From a virus: 64,000 bases of DNA. The position numbers were made by a program, and so were the translations under genes. Location: positions 32,001 through 96,000 of the IMG/VR virus record IMGVR_UViG_3300044846_005371; one strand, written 5' to 3'. The notes beneath the pieces were generated by a model that saw nothing but the letters and a program-made list of their open reading frames with translations, searched no databases and had not been told where the DNA came from. How positions within the stretch are numbered: position 1 is the first letter of the stretch; the number at the start of each line of letters is the position of its first letter. Below, in pieces: positions 1 through 11,130 of this stretch.

Positions 1-3000
1 AGATCCCTTTGAAAATTCTTCTCCATCTTTTAGTTTATCTTGTACCCTTGAATTTTGTTTTTTCTTTAGTATTAATTTATTCTTTATTTCTTTTTTCTCA
101 GCATCAGTTTGTGCACTTTGCAATTTATCATCTAACGCTAACTCTTCAGCAACATCATCTTCGCTAGGCAAGCCTCCACCTATTCCTGAAGCAGATTCAA
201 TTAATTTAGTAACGCAAACTTTTAGAAAATCTTTGAATACTTGAGATTGCGTCTCAATATTGAAAGATTGAGTTGGAGCGACCGCTAATATCTCTTCTTT
301 TGCTTTTATTAGGTGCAGAGAAAGTTTAGATTTTACACTAAGCTGTTTAACATGAAGTTTGCCGGTTGAGTTATTTGCTACTAAATCTTCTACTTGATTT
401 TTTAATGAGATTATAGGATTTAATTTTGGCTCAATTTTACTAATATCACTGGGGTATTTTACTCCAGGTATTTTTATACGATCGACATAATTGAGAATAT
501 CTTTTGTAAATGCTTCTATTTTTTTGTCGTATGGAACGTCTGCGTTTTTAAGCTCTTCTGATTTTTTCTTATATTCTTCAATGTTTCCATTTTTCAAAGC
601 TTCATACTTTTGAGTAGAAAGACTCTGTTTATTTTTTGCAAGTTCTGACTTTAGTGAATCTAGGCTAGGGATTGCTGGATTACCTAGATCATTCATATTT
701 TTGAAGATGTTGCGTTTTGCTTTTTCCAATAAGTCTTTAGCTGTTTCTGGTTTATCCATTAATTCAGCAGCAATGACTGATGGGTTTTTTGGAAGATTTT
801 CGGCCTCAATATCCGCAAGATTTTTATTTAGTTTTAATACGCGACCTTCATCTCCACTTTGAGAAGCTTCAGATAAATTGTTCTCAATTATCTTCTTTTT
901 AAAGGCTAATGATTGTTTTTCAGCTTCTGTTAAATTGTAAAATTTACCATCTTTTGCTTGCTTTGCAATAATCTTTGCTTTTTCAGCAGCTGCGACTGCA
1001 CCTAATGGTAAAGAGATTAATTTACTAAATGTCTTTTCTGAATCTAATTGCTCACCTATCTCTTTTGATGCACCCTTAAGTGATAATATAAATTTCTTTT
1101 TTCCGCTAGATGAATTAAATAGAACCATTGGAGTTATGCATATTCCATTTATAGTTAGGAATAGAACAAATTGCCCCATTGGGGTTGGTAGAACGAATAG
1201 TGGAACCCAAACAATAGGTAATGGAACTTTTATTAAAGTAGCTGGAGTAACAATTAATAGGCCTACTGGCCAATATCTTAGACTCGCTGGAGTTTGAGGT
1301 AGAGGCAACAGTCCCATCAAAGTTGCAATCTTTGAAAACTCAAGCCAATAGCAGAGCTGTCCTTGATTTGGATATGCAACGTTTGAAGTTTCTCCAATTT
1401 TTTCAAAGAATGGGTCTGTTCCTGCAAATTTCAAAGCATCTCTACAGCCTAAAGGTTCAATATCGGCTGTTTCAGGAGAACCAAAACACTCAGGATTAGT
1501 TTGCTGCAATAATTTTTTAACTTTTGCTGGCTCCGGTTTTATTTCATCTGCTCTAAGTCTAAGCCTTTCAATTTCTTCGTCTAACTCTAACTTCTTAGTC
1601 ATCATGCTTGAGTTAGTATCATTTACTGCAGAGACTATTGTTTTTAACTCGCTATTTTGATCAGTAGTTTGAACGTTAACTTTGCCTAATGATAATAAAA
1701 GTTGTATTTCCATTGAAGCAAGTTGCTCTAGAGTTGAAGAAATTGCGTTTAAATTAGTTTCTATTTTTTGAGATCTAATTTGAGTTTTTCTTTCTTCTAA
1801 TCGAGTTTCAAAATCTTTATAGAAGTCCTGAAGAGTTTGCTGATTTCTTATATAGTATTCTTTTCCGTTCTCAATTTTAGTTTGTGATTGAGAATCTCTA
1901 AGTACTGGATCTAATAATGCTGCACTATCCGTAAGTCCACGTTCATCTAAACTGAAAAAGTTATTAATAGGATCTGAGAATAGATTGTAGTATTCTGTGT
2001 ATATTTTACCAGTTGGTGTATAATCTTGATTTACTTGATTATTCTTTATTTTTACACCAGTGACTGAATTAAAAAATGAATATTTTTTAAGTAGTGGATT
2101 GTTTTTTAAGAGAAGTGTTCTTTTTTCTTTATATGATTCTCCAGTTTCCTTGTTTGTCTTTTCTTCCTCTATTTCTATTCCTTCTAAATTTATGAAATCT
2201 AACTTAAATTCTAAAACTGGACTTTTTACAAAAGTTGAATATGTCTCAACTGAAAGATTGTTTAATTTTATGCATTCTGAATAGTCAGATATTCTATTTT
2301 TAATGTTATTGAAATCGAATGATGAGAGATAATCAGTAACTGCTAATGCGATGACAGCAGCTCCTCCTAAATCTCCTTGCGCACCTGAAATCCTATTTGT
2401 TATATCAGGATTTGCAAATATTGGAAGTTGAGTTGTTCTTTGAGTTAATTGAGTAGAGATTAGAGAAATTTGATTTGTATTTTCTGAAATCTTCTTATTC
2501 AAATCAGATATTTGTGAAGTGTATAAATCGATTGTTTGCGGATTAGTGCTCTGTGATCTTAATTGATTTAGCTGAAAAATTTTAGCATTATTTGCAGTAT
2601 TTTCAGATTCTAAATTTTGTCTTAGTTTTAGAAGTGGCTCAAATAAGTTTAGTATTCTTGCACACTCTTTTGATCTAGCCGAATAGTAATTGGTGATCAC
2701 ATTAAAATTATCTCGATATTCTATTAGTCTTTCAAGAAGCTGTTTAACATCATTATATTCCTTTAACTGTATTTCAAGGATCTTTGAAACTTCTTCAGTT
2801 GCCTCAATACACTTTTTCTTATCATCAGGTACTTTGTCGAATGCGTCTCCTAGTGAATCTGAGGAAGCTTCAATGACTGGACCAATATCATTGCATGGAA
2901 CATTTACATCTTCTGCAAGAGGAGGAACTTTTCCATCTGGGACGCAATTTGATTGAGTTAAAACTTCCTCAAGCTCCTGCTGAGTAAATTGAGAAATTAC

Positions 3001-3066
3001 TGCGGCTTCTGAGATATTTAAGCTTAGTGCAATTTCAGATATTAACTGATCTAATTTATTTGCCAT
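1..3066 (-). CDS. Large hypothetical coiled-coil protein, >1022 aa, 3' end outside the window; probably virion-associated
   Basis: Manual minus-strand translation from ATG at 3066 (MANKLDQLISEIALSLNISE...) stays open to base 1 (...MEKNFQKGS). Not in the ORF track because no stop lies in the window. A late-promoter-like TAAATAAATAAAA lies just upstream. Confidence 0.85.
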   Translation of the reverse strand, partial: MANKLDQLISEIALSLNISEAAVISQFTQQELEEVLTQSNCVPDGKVPPLAEDVNVPCNDIGPVIEASSDSLGDAFDKVPDDKKKCIEATEEVSKILEIQLKEYNDVKQLLERLIEYRDNFNVITNYYSARSKECARILNLFEPLLKLRQNLESENTANNAKIFQLNQLRSQSTNPQTIDLYTSQISDLNKKISENTNQISLISTQLTQRTTQLPIFANPDITNRISGAQGDLGGAAVIALAVTDYLSSFDFNNIKNRISDYSECIKLNNLSVETYSTFVKSPVLEFKLDFINLEGIEIEEEKTNKETGESYKEKRTLLLKNNPLLKKYSFFNSVTGVKIKNNQVNQDYTPTGKIYTEYYNLFSDPINNFFSLDERGLTDSAALLDPVLRDSQSQTKIENGKEYYIRNQQTLQDFYKDFETRLEERKTQIRSQKIETNLNAISSTLEQLASMEIQLLLSLGKVNVQTTDQNSELKTIVSAVNDTNSSMMTKKLELDEEIERLRLRADEIKPEPAKVKKLLQQTNPECFGSPETADIEPLGCRDALKFAGTDPFFEKIGETSNVAYPNQGQLCYWLEFSKIATLMGLLPLPQTPASLRYWPVGLLIVTPATLIKVPLPIVWVPLFVLPTPMGQFVLFLTINGICITPMVLFNSSSGKKKFILSLKGASKEIGEQLDSEKTFSKLISLPLGAVAAAEKAKIIAKQAKDGKFYNLTEAEKQSLAFKKKIIENNLSEASQSGDEGRVLKLNKNLADIEAENLPKNPSVIAAELMDKPETAKDLLEKAKRNIFKNMNDLGNPAIPSLDSLKSELAKNKQSLSTQKYEALKNGNIEEYKKKSEELKNADVPYDKKIEAFTKDILNYVDRIKIPGVKYPSDISKIEPKLNPIISLKNQVEDLVANNSTGKLHVKQLSVKSKLSLHLIKAKEEILAVAPTQSFNIETQSQVFKDFLKVCVTKLIESASGIGGGLPSEDDVAEELALDDKLQSAQTDAEKKEIKNKLILKKKQNSRVQDKLKDGEEFSKGS

Positions 3067-3092
3067 TTGTCTATTTTATTTATTTAGATACC

Positions 3093-3118
3093 AAAAAAGG
3101 CAGCTTTCGCTACCTTTT
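3093..3118 (-). terminator. Rho-independent terminator after groEL
   Basis: Minus strand reads AAAAGGTAGC-GAAA-GCTGCC-TTTTTT: stem with a GNRA loop and a U-tract. Confidence 0.8.
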
Positions 3119-3147
3119 CTGCCTGAGCATAAGAGAGATGGCCGATT

Positions 3148-5519
<2,372 letters not shown>

Positions 5520-5521
5520 TC

Positions 5522-6253
5522 TCAGGCCTGTAGTTGATAGTCTTCTACTATAGGATTGCCTGAAAGTTTTAAGATAATTTGAGAAACAGCTAACACATCA
5601 GCTTGACAGTATGTTGATATTCTAGTTACATCTCGTTCCTTGTACCACACTTGAGTTACATCCTTACCGGAAATATCACCTTTTGGGGTAGGTAATCCCA
5701 ATGAGGTTGCTAGTAATTCTAGGGATACAAAACTCTCCTGCCAAGCGCCAAAACTCCAAATATCACTAGTATCTACAAATGGCATTTCCCAAGGTTTCAA
5801 ATTTTGAATTTGAAGCCCAACTGGAAGAGATTTTTCGTTAATTAGTAATCTTTTACAGATAAACGGAACATCAAATCTTTTAATATTGTGCCCAACAAAT
5901 TTATAGTTTGAAAACTTGTTGAACACTTTATCAATTCCTTCCAAAACCTCTAATTCTTCTCCAGAATAAGTCTTTAGTGTTAGGTATGGTGTGCCTTCGT
6001 TAAATTGAATTCGGCCGAATGTTGCGCATACTATTTTTGCAAATTCTGCATGGAGACCAGCTTTTTCCAAGAATAATTCAGCATCGCTCTTTTGCTTATT
6101 TTCCTCAAATCTTTCTCTAAGGTATTCACAACGTTTCGACCAAAGTTGAGCTAATGTAAGATTTTCGTTTTTTAGGTGATCTAATGATTGGTGAGAAGCA
6201 ACTGTCTCAATATCAAAAAACACCATTTTTCCAAGTTCAGGTATTGTGTACAT
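5522..6253 (-). CDS. Stand-alone DEDDy 3'-5' exonuclease related to the PolB proofreading domain
   Basis: ExoI FFDIET, ExoII GHNIKRFDVPF, ExoIII YCQADV. Confidence 0.85.
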   Translation of the reverse strand: MYTIPELGKMVFFDIETVASHQSLDHLKNENLTLAQLWSKRCEYLRERFEENKQKSDAELFLEKAGLHAEFAKIVCATFGRIQFNEGTPYLTLKTYSGEELEVLEGIDKVFNKFSNYKFVGHNIKRFDVPFICKRLLINEKSLPVGLQIQNLKPWEMPFVDTSDIWSFGAWQESFVSLELLATSLGLPTPKGDISGKDVTQVWYKERDVTRISTYCQADVLAVSQIILKLSGNPIVEDYQLQA

Positions 6254-6254
6254 A

Positions 6255-6695
6255 TTATTCGTTTGATAATTCTTCGTAACTTAATAACGCTTTTCCATAT
6301 TTTTGCATGCGATCTGCGTATCTGGTTTTTATTGTTTTTGCAAGAGGAATAGGTTTACTTTCCTCATCTATTCGAACAAACTTAATGTCTGTGTGAGTAA
6401 CTATATCTTGTTCGCCAGTGTGAACGTTATGCTTTCTAACCTCGATGTATAATAATACTGACGTTCTGCCGAATTGTTTCACAGTTGCGTATATCTTAAG
6501 CAAATTATTTACTTTGATCGGTTTTTTGAATACTAATTCGCTGATCATGATTGTTACCATTCTAGGAGTATCACAAACTTGAGAAGCGTAGCTAGCTGCT
6601 GCATCATCTACTAAACTCATGATTGTCCCACCGAACATATTATCATGAACTCCGATGTCTCCCTTTTTGCAAATGTATGTGGTTACTAATTCCAT
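6255..6695 (-). CDS. Acyl-CoA thioesterase (hotdog fold, YciA-like)
   Basis: DIGVHDNMFGGTIMSLVDDAAA, F.KPI.V, GRTS and FVRIDE..KP motifs. Confidence 0.85.
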   Translation of the reverse strand: MELVTTYICKKGDIGVHDNMFGGTIMSLVDDAAASYASQVCDTPRMVTIMISELVFKKPIKVNNLLKIYATVKQFGRTSVLLYIEVRKHNVHTGEQDIVTHTDIKFVRIDEESKPIPLAKTIKTRYADRMQKYGKALLSYEELSNE

Positions 6696-6699
6696 AAGC

Positions 6700-7830
6700 T
6701 TAGTGTGAATCTCCTACATCGTGTTTCTCTCCGTAAATAAGATAATCTGGGTTAATAACCTTGGCTACCTTATTCCTCTCTCCGGAAACCTCCTTGATCA
6801 CAATACCTTCATGCGGTACTTTGGTTCCTTCAATATAGTTGTTGAATGTGAACTTGTCTTGAATCTCTTGAGACCATCGACCGACATATAACTCAGGTAC
6901 ATGACGCAATTGTAAAGTCGCGCTTTCAATAAGGTGCCTTGTTCTGAATACGTTTTGATAATCGCCATCAAGGGTAATATCAAATCCAGCAAACTCCAAC
7001 TCCTTCATTCCATAGTCGTAGTTCTTTTGGATACCAGGACCATATATCTCACCATACAGCACGATACCGGATCCTATGTACTCAATCGAATGCACTACCT
7101 TAGCCAAGTGCCACATCTTCTCTTTAAGATTGTACTTGTCAGCTACCTCTCTCCAAACATCAGTTGAGTAGAAACCTTGTGAGTCAGAACCTTTCTCGAC
7201 GTTATGCGATCCATATACGTACTCATATTCAATCCATGGATCGTTGGTGAAGAACCTCTTAACCTTATCCCATAAGGATAGCTTTGACTTCTTAACAATA
7301 CCATAGCGAGCATTGGTTCCATGCAACTTACGAGTGATCTGTACGTTATCTTCCTCAGTAAACAATCCAGCTACGTTCTTCAAGTTAGGAAACTTATGAT
7401 ACACTGTGAAGTTTGGGTTTTGGTGGTACTTAATTTTACGACCTGAAGACAATTGGATTTGTGTTACAGGTGGTTCGTATTTGAAGATTTTTAAGTCTTC
7501 CATTAAGTCTTTACCTTCACGATTATATCCGATAGGCAGGAATTGATTAGGAATTACTAAACACTCTGAGTACACTCCTCTTAACTTAACAGTACGCACA
7601 CGTTGACCCTTACGTAAGTAATTAGTCACATTCATTGCATCTGATAAGCGTTGAGGAATAACTGCGTCTGTAGTTGCTATTCCAACCAAATCACCTACCT
7701 TATAGTCACCTTTCTTGATAATACAATTCCATCCTCCAATAACACCTACTTCGATATTATCTGCTCCTGGTATTGGTTTAATTTCGTTTATACGTGCTAC
7801 ATAACACACGCTGTTTGCATTCTCTATCAT
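6700..7830 (-). CDS. RNA ligase, Rnl2-related DRB0094-type with N-terminal OB-like domain
   Basis: N-terminal I.PIPGADNIE, motif I KLHGTN, GEIYG, FDI, EGIV, KVINPDY. Confidence 0.85.
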   Translation of the reverse strand: MIENANSVCYVARINEIKPIPGADNIEVGVIGGWNCIIKKGDYKVGDLVGIATTDAVIPQRLSDAMNVTNYLRKGQRVRTVKLRGVYSECLVIPNQFLPIGYNREGKDLMEDLKIFKYEPPVTQIQLSSGRKIKYHQNPNFTVYHKFPNLKNVAGLFTEEDNVQITRKLHGTNARYGIVKKSKLSLWDKVKRFFTNDPWIEYEYVYGSHNVEKGSDSQGFYSTDVWREVADKYNLKEKMWHLAKVVHSIEYIGSGIVLYGEIYGPGIQKNYDYGMKELEFAGFDITLDGDYQNVFRTRHLIESATLQLRHVPELYVGRWSQEIQDKFTFNNYIEGTKVPHEGIVIKEVSGERNKVAKVINPDYLIYGEKHDVGDSH

Positions 7831-8225
7831 AACTTTATTTCAAATCGGTTTTTCATTTGTTCTAACTTGTCTGCGGGTACACCGTGTTCATTTACTCCAC
7901 TGTGTCTGTTCTCTACTATGAGGCAAGATGTTTGGTAACTATACTTCTCAGCTAATTCAAAATAAGCATCCATCTCCCACTCTTGTGTGAATGTGTTTGA
8001 CACTACAACTGGTGAGTGCTCATATCTCATTAGGAAATCAACTTCCTCTTGGCACCAAGCATGTGCATCTTTGATTTTTGATGGTTCAAACTTGTAGTTA
8101 CCTTCACTGTCCACAAAGTACATATCAGCCTCTTTGTGACAGTATTCTTTGTCGCCAACTATCATTTTTGCTAGAGTTGATTTACCTGCTCCAGGCAATC
8201 CTCTTAATAAGATTAGTGTCTTCAT
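7827..8225 (-). CDS. P-loop kinase (AAA_33 / polynucleotide-kinase-like)
   Basis: MKTLILLRGLPGAGKST, EADMYF, VVVSNTFT, HGVP. Start moved to ATG 8225 because the track start overlaps the upstream gene. Confidence 0.8.
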   Translation of the reverse strand: MKTLILLRGLPGAGKSTLAKMIVGDKEYCHKEADMYFVDSEGNYKFEPSKIKDAHAWCQEEVDFLMRYEHSPVVVSNTFTQEWEMDAYFELAEKYSYQTSCLIVENRHSGVNEHGVPADKLEQMKNRFEIKL

Positions 8226-8227
8226 AA

Positions 8228-8635
8228 TTAGTTCATTTCTGATATTTTTACACAATTTGTTATTGACTCTTGGACAACGTACCATCCTTCAGTTGGATCG
8301 TTTCGATATAACTCAACATTGAAGTATTCTCCATTGTGTTCAAAGCAAGTTATCTTTTCGATAGCACCTTCAACTTCTACTAAGTATCGGTTTGCTACAT
8401 CCAAGTAAGAAACTAAAAATCTCCATTGAAAATTTGAAAATTTTATTGGGTTTGAATAGATTGAGTTACGTATGATATTTGAGAGATCATCACGTTGTAT
8501 GTTAGATAATCGAGCTTCATACTTATTGAGAAATTGACTTATCCAGTATTCAACTTGATATTCATCTTGGGTTAGAAAAAATTCCAAGCTTGACCAAGTT
8601 AGCGTCCATTCCCAGTTAGAAAGAGAAGAGGTCAT
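8228..8635 (-). CDS. Hypothetical protein
   Basis: Fills the gap in a co-oriented operon; no recognisable motif; start uncertain. Confidence 0.55.
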   Translation of the reverse strand: MTSSLSNWEWTLTWSSLEFFLTQDEYQVEYWISQFLNKYEARLSNIQRDDLSNIIRNSIYSNPIKFSNFQWRFLVSYLDVANRYLVEVEGAIEKITCFEHNGEYFNVELYRNDPTEGWYVVQESITNCVKISEMN

Positions 8636-9234
8636 TGATTGAACTTAGATTTTAGGTTCTCATTAGCAACTAACTCTTTCAATTTAGCAAGATACTCTGG
8701 ATTTTCAGCATAACCTACGCTTTGTAAGATAGCATAATATTCTTCCTCATTTGAGGCGGAGTTTGCATAGGTTCCACACCATAATGCATAATCCAATACA
8801 CTATCTTCCCAATTCTTATATGCAGCATGATTATGATTTGTACCTTGAGCTAAGTTAAGCCTGCTTGTAGCTTCCTTCATTCCAAAAAGATTGTTATTCT
8901 CTTTGAAAATGCCACTTTTAAATCTTCCAGATTCTAACATAGCTTGCGCAAGTACAATGTGTGGATATTTAAAGTTTAGCTCATCAATCTTAGCAATAAG
9001 CTTTTCCTCACTAAATGCATTAGCTTGCTGGACTAGTAAGATTTTCTCGTACTCAGTTAGAGAAACTAGGATATTGTCCTTGGTCCAAAAATAAGTAACT
9101 GTTGCTGACGTGACGCTAATGCATAAGACTAGTGCACCGATTAAGAATCTGTGCTTTATCAGGTTAACTTGATAGTAATCTAATGTGCGCTCATCAAAAT
9201 AGTACTTAGGCTGTGCTAATTTACGAAGGTTCAT
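8632..9234 (-). CDS. Membrane-anchored GH73-type glucosaminidase (peptidoglycan hydrolase)
   Basis: Hydrophobic helix FLIGALVLCISVTSATVTYFW, then VLAQAMLESG, NNNLFGMK, Y..W.DSV.DY and GYAENPEY. Confidence 0.8.
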   Translation of the reverse strand: MNLRKLAQPKYYFDERTLDYYQVNLIKHRFLIGALVLCISVTSATVTYFWTKDNILVSLTEYEKILLVQQANAFSEEKLIAKIDELNFKYPHIVLAQAMLESGRFKSGIFKENNNLFGMKEATSRLNLAQGTNHNHAAYKNWEDSVLDYALWCGTYANSASNEEEYYAILQSVGYAENPEYLAKLKELVANENLKSKFNQ

Positions 9235-9260
9235 ATAGTTTAGTTTTAAAGTTAGGTTTA

Positions 9261-10208
9261 TTATACTAAAGTTTGCTCAAAATTAAAAGGTTTGGGCTCA
9301 ATTAGCTTAGTTTGATGAGTTTCTCGATAGTTAAGAACTGCTAAATCCTTAGCTTTTGCCTCAACCTCAACATCAACTTCTAAACCAAAATCTGGGATAA
9401 CTTCGTAAATGTAATCAGCATGTGATCTTGGAATTACTGAAGAGTCCTCATACAGAAACTTAGAACTAGAATAGTGTTGCAGTGGTGTAAATCCATGCCA
9501 TGTGCTAGCCGCAAGATGCGCGGCGGTTTCAGCTGTGAGATCATTTGTGCAAAAACGATGGTGTAGGTGGTCAAATGTGATTGGGCAACCAACTTTTGAA
9601 TAAACACCATCATATAGATCTTGAACGCCAAACTGGCTTGCTTTATCATCATTCTCAACAACTAATCTAGCACGAGTAGTATCAGAAAGCTTTGCAAAAT
9701 TCTCGCAGAACCTGGCAAGAGCAGATTCCTTATCGCCATACGAGCCGCCGATATGGATATTGATCGGAGCATTGTAATTTTTTGGAAGCAGCATAAGGTC
9801 CATGATCCTAGCGTGCTGATCTAGGTCGTAGATAGTTTTACGAACTACTTCTGGATTGGGGGAAGCAAGCACATCAAACTGCCCTGGGTGAAATGATAGC
9901 CTAAGATCGTGATGGTGCACAAACTCACCAATTTGTTCCATAATACCACGTAAACGATCAAAATTAGGTAGATCTTCAAAGGAATATTCGCTCATCCAAG
10001 GAAAGATATCGCTGGACATACGATACACATGAATATTGTTCTCAACATTCCATTGCAAAATTTCGCAAAGGTCAATTAGATTTAGCTCAGCTAGTAAAGC
10101 TGCTCGAGCAATACCTTGGGATTCCCAAGTTTTCTTTGTCATACCTCGATTGATCGTGATCCCGCGATCCTTAAGGCTTAAATTTATACAGCAGTATCCT
10201 AGTCTCAT
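9261..10208 (-). CDS. uvsE: UV-damage endonuclease
   Basis: MRLGYCCIN, YRMSSDIFP, RLSFHPGQF, INIHIGG, VENDDK, FDHLHH, HADY, EAKAKDLAV. Confidence 0.95.
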   Translation of the reverse strand: MRLGYCCINLSLKDRGITINRGMTKKTWESQGIARAALLAELNLIDLCEILQWNVENNIHVYRMSSDIFPWMSEYSFEDLPNFDRLRGIMEQIGEFVHHHDLRLSFHPGQFDVLASPNPEVVRKTIYDLDQHARIMDLMLLPKNYNAPINIHIGGSYGDKESALARFCENFAKLSDTTRARLVVENDDKASQFGVQDLYDGVYSKVGCPITFDHLHHRFCTNDLTAETAAHLAASTWHGFTPLQHYSSSKFLYEDSSVIPRSHADYIYEVIPDFGLEVDVEVEAKAKDLAVLNYRETHQTKLIEPKPFNFEQTLV

Positions 10209-10455
10209 ATGGTAAATATACTAAACTTTCTCCTTGGGGAAAAATTTCCGCGTCCGCGAGAGTACTATAGTAGTACTAAAGACTATTAAAGTAAGATTAA
10301 AGAAAGAGTATAGTATACTCTAGTGTATACCCGCCCTACCACCCATTTTGTACTACTGCTTTTTAAAAAGTTTTTGCTTAAATAAATATTTTTTAGTTGA
10401 AAACTTTTTTAAGTTATTTAGTATAACTCTAGATAGCTAAAAATATTAGTCATGA
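10209..10455. promoter_or_regulatory. Divergent intergenic control region, possible replication origin
   Basis: Longest non-coding gap in the window, at a strand switch. Contains AGTACT repeats, phased TAAAG, palindrome GAGTATA-G-TATACTC (10306-10320) and AGTATA boxes facing both directions. Confidence 0.5.
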
Positions 10456-11118
10456 ATGACAATAATTAGCATAGATTTTTCAATACTTTACCCTGGGGTT
10501 TGCATTTGTAGAGATTTTAAGGAATTTAGTTGGCTAGCAGTAGTAAATGCTAAGCTAAGTAAAAAAGATCAGAAACGACTGGAAGACATCCAGTTAACTT
10601 ACCCTAATTTAAAAATTCTCTTCACAGAGACAAAAAGGGAAAAATCAGATCAGTATCATGTAACTGAAAGAAATAAGTTGACTAATTACTTAGAGTTAAC
10701 TGAAGTCCTCATTGCAGAAATAAAGAAGCAGGTTCCAACTTCAGAAGATTTGATAGTTTCAATTGAAGGAATTTCATTTGGGTCCAGCGGAAACTCATTA
10801 GTTGATATTTCACAAGCAACTGGAATACTTAAGAATAAATTAGTTGATTCACTATTAGATGGAAAAACTGATCGTTTCTTTGTTTTTAGCCCAAGTGAAT
10901 TAAAAAATGCGATTGGTTGCAAGGGAAATGCTAATAAATTAGATATTTACGAAAAGTTTAAAAATGATCCAATTATAGACTCAGTAAAAGGATCAGATTT
11001 ACATAAAGCTATCTTAAAAGAAGATTGGATTCTATCAAAAGATAAGATAGTTTCGCCCATCATTGATATGATAGACTCATATTTAGGTGTTGTTAAAATA
11101 CACCAACTCTTAAAATAA
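10456..11118 (+). CDS. RuvC-like Holliday junction resolvase (RNase H fold)
   Basis: IISIDFS, VSIEG, PSELK..IG.KGNA.K and D..DSY acidic catalytic pattern. Confidence 0.75.
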   Translation: MTIISIDFSILYPGVCICRDFKEFSWLAVVNAKLSKKDQKRLEDIQLTYPNLKILFTETKREKSDQYHVTERNKLTNYLELTEVLIAEIKKQVPTSEDLIVSIEGISFGSSGNSLVDISQATGILKNKLVDSLLDGKTDRFFVFSPSELKNAIGCKGNANKLDIYEKFKNDPIIDSVKGSDLHKAILKEDWILSKDKIVSPIIDMIDSYLGVVKIHQLLK

Positions 11119-11130
11119 TCAAAAAATGGA

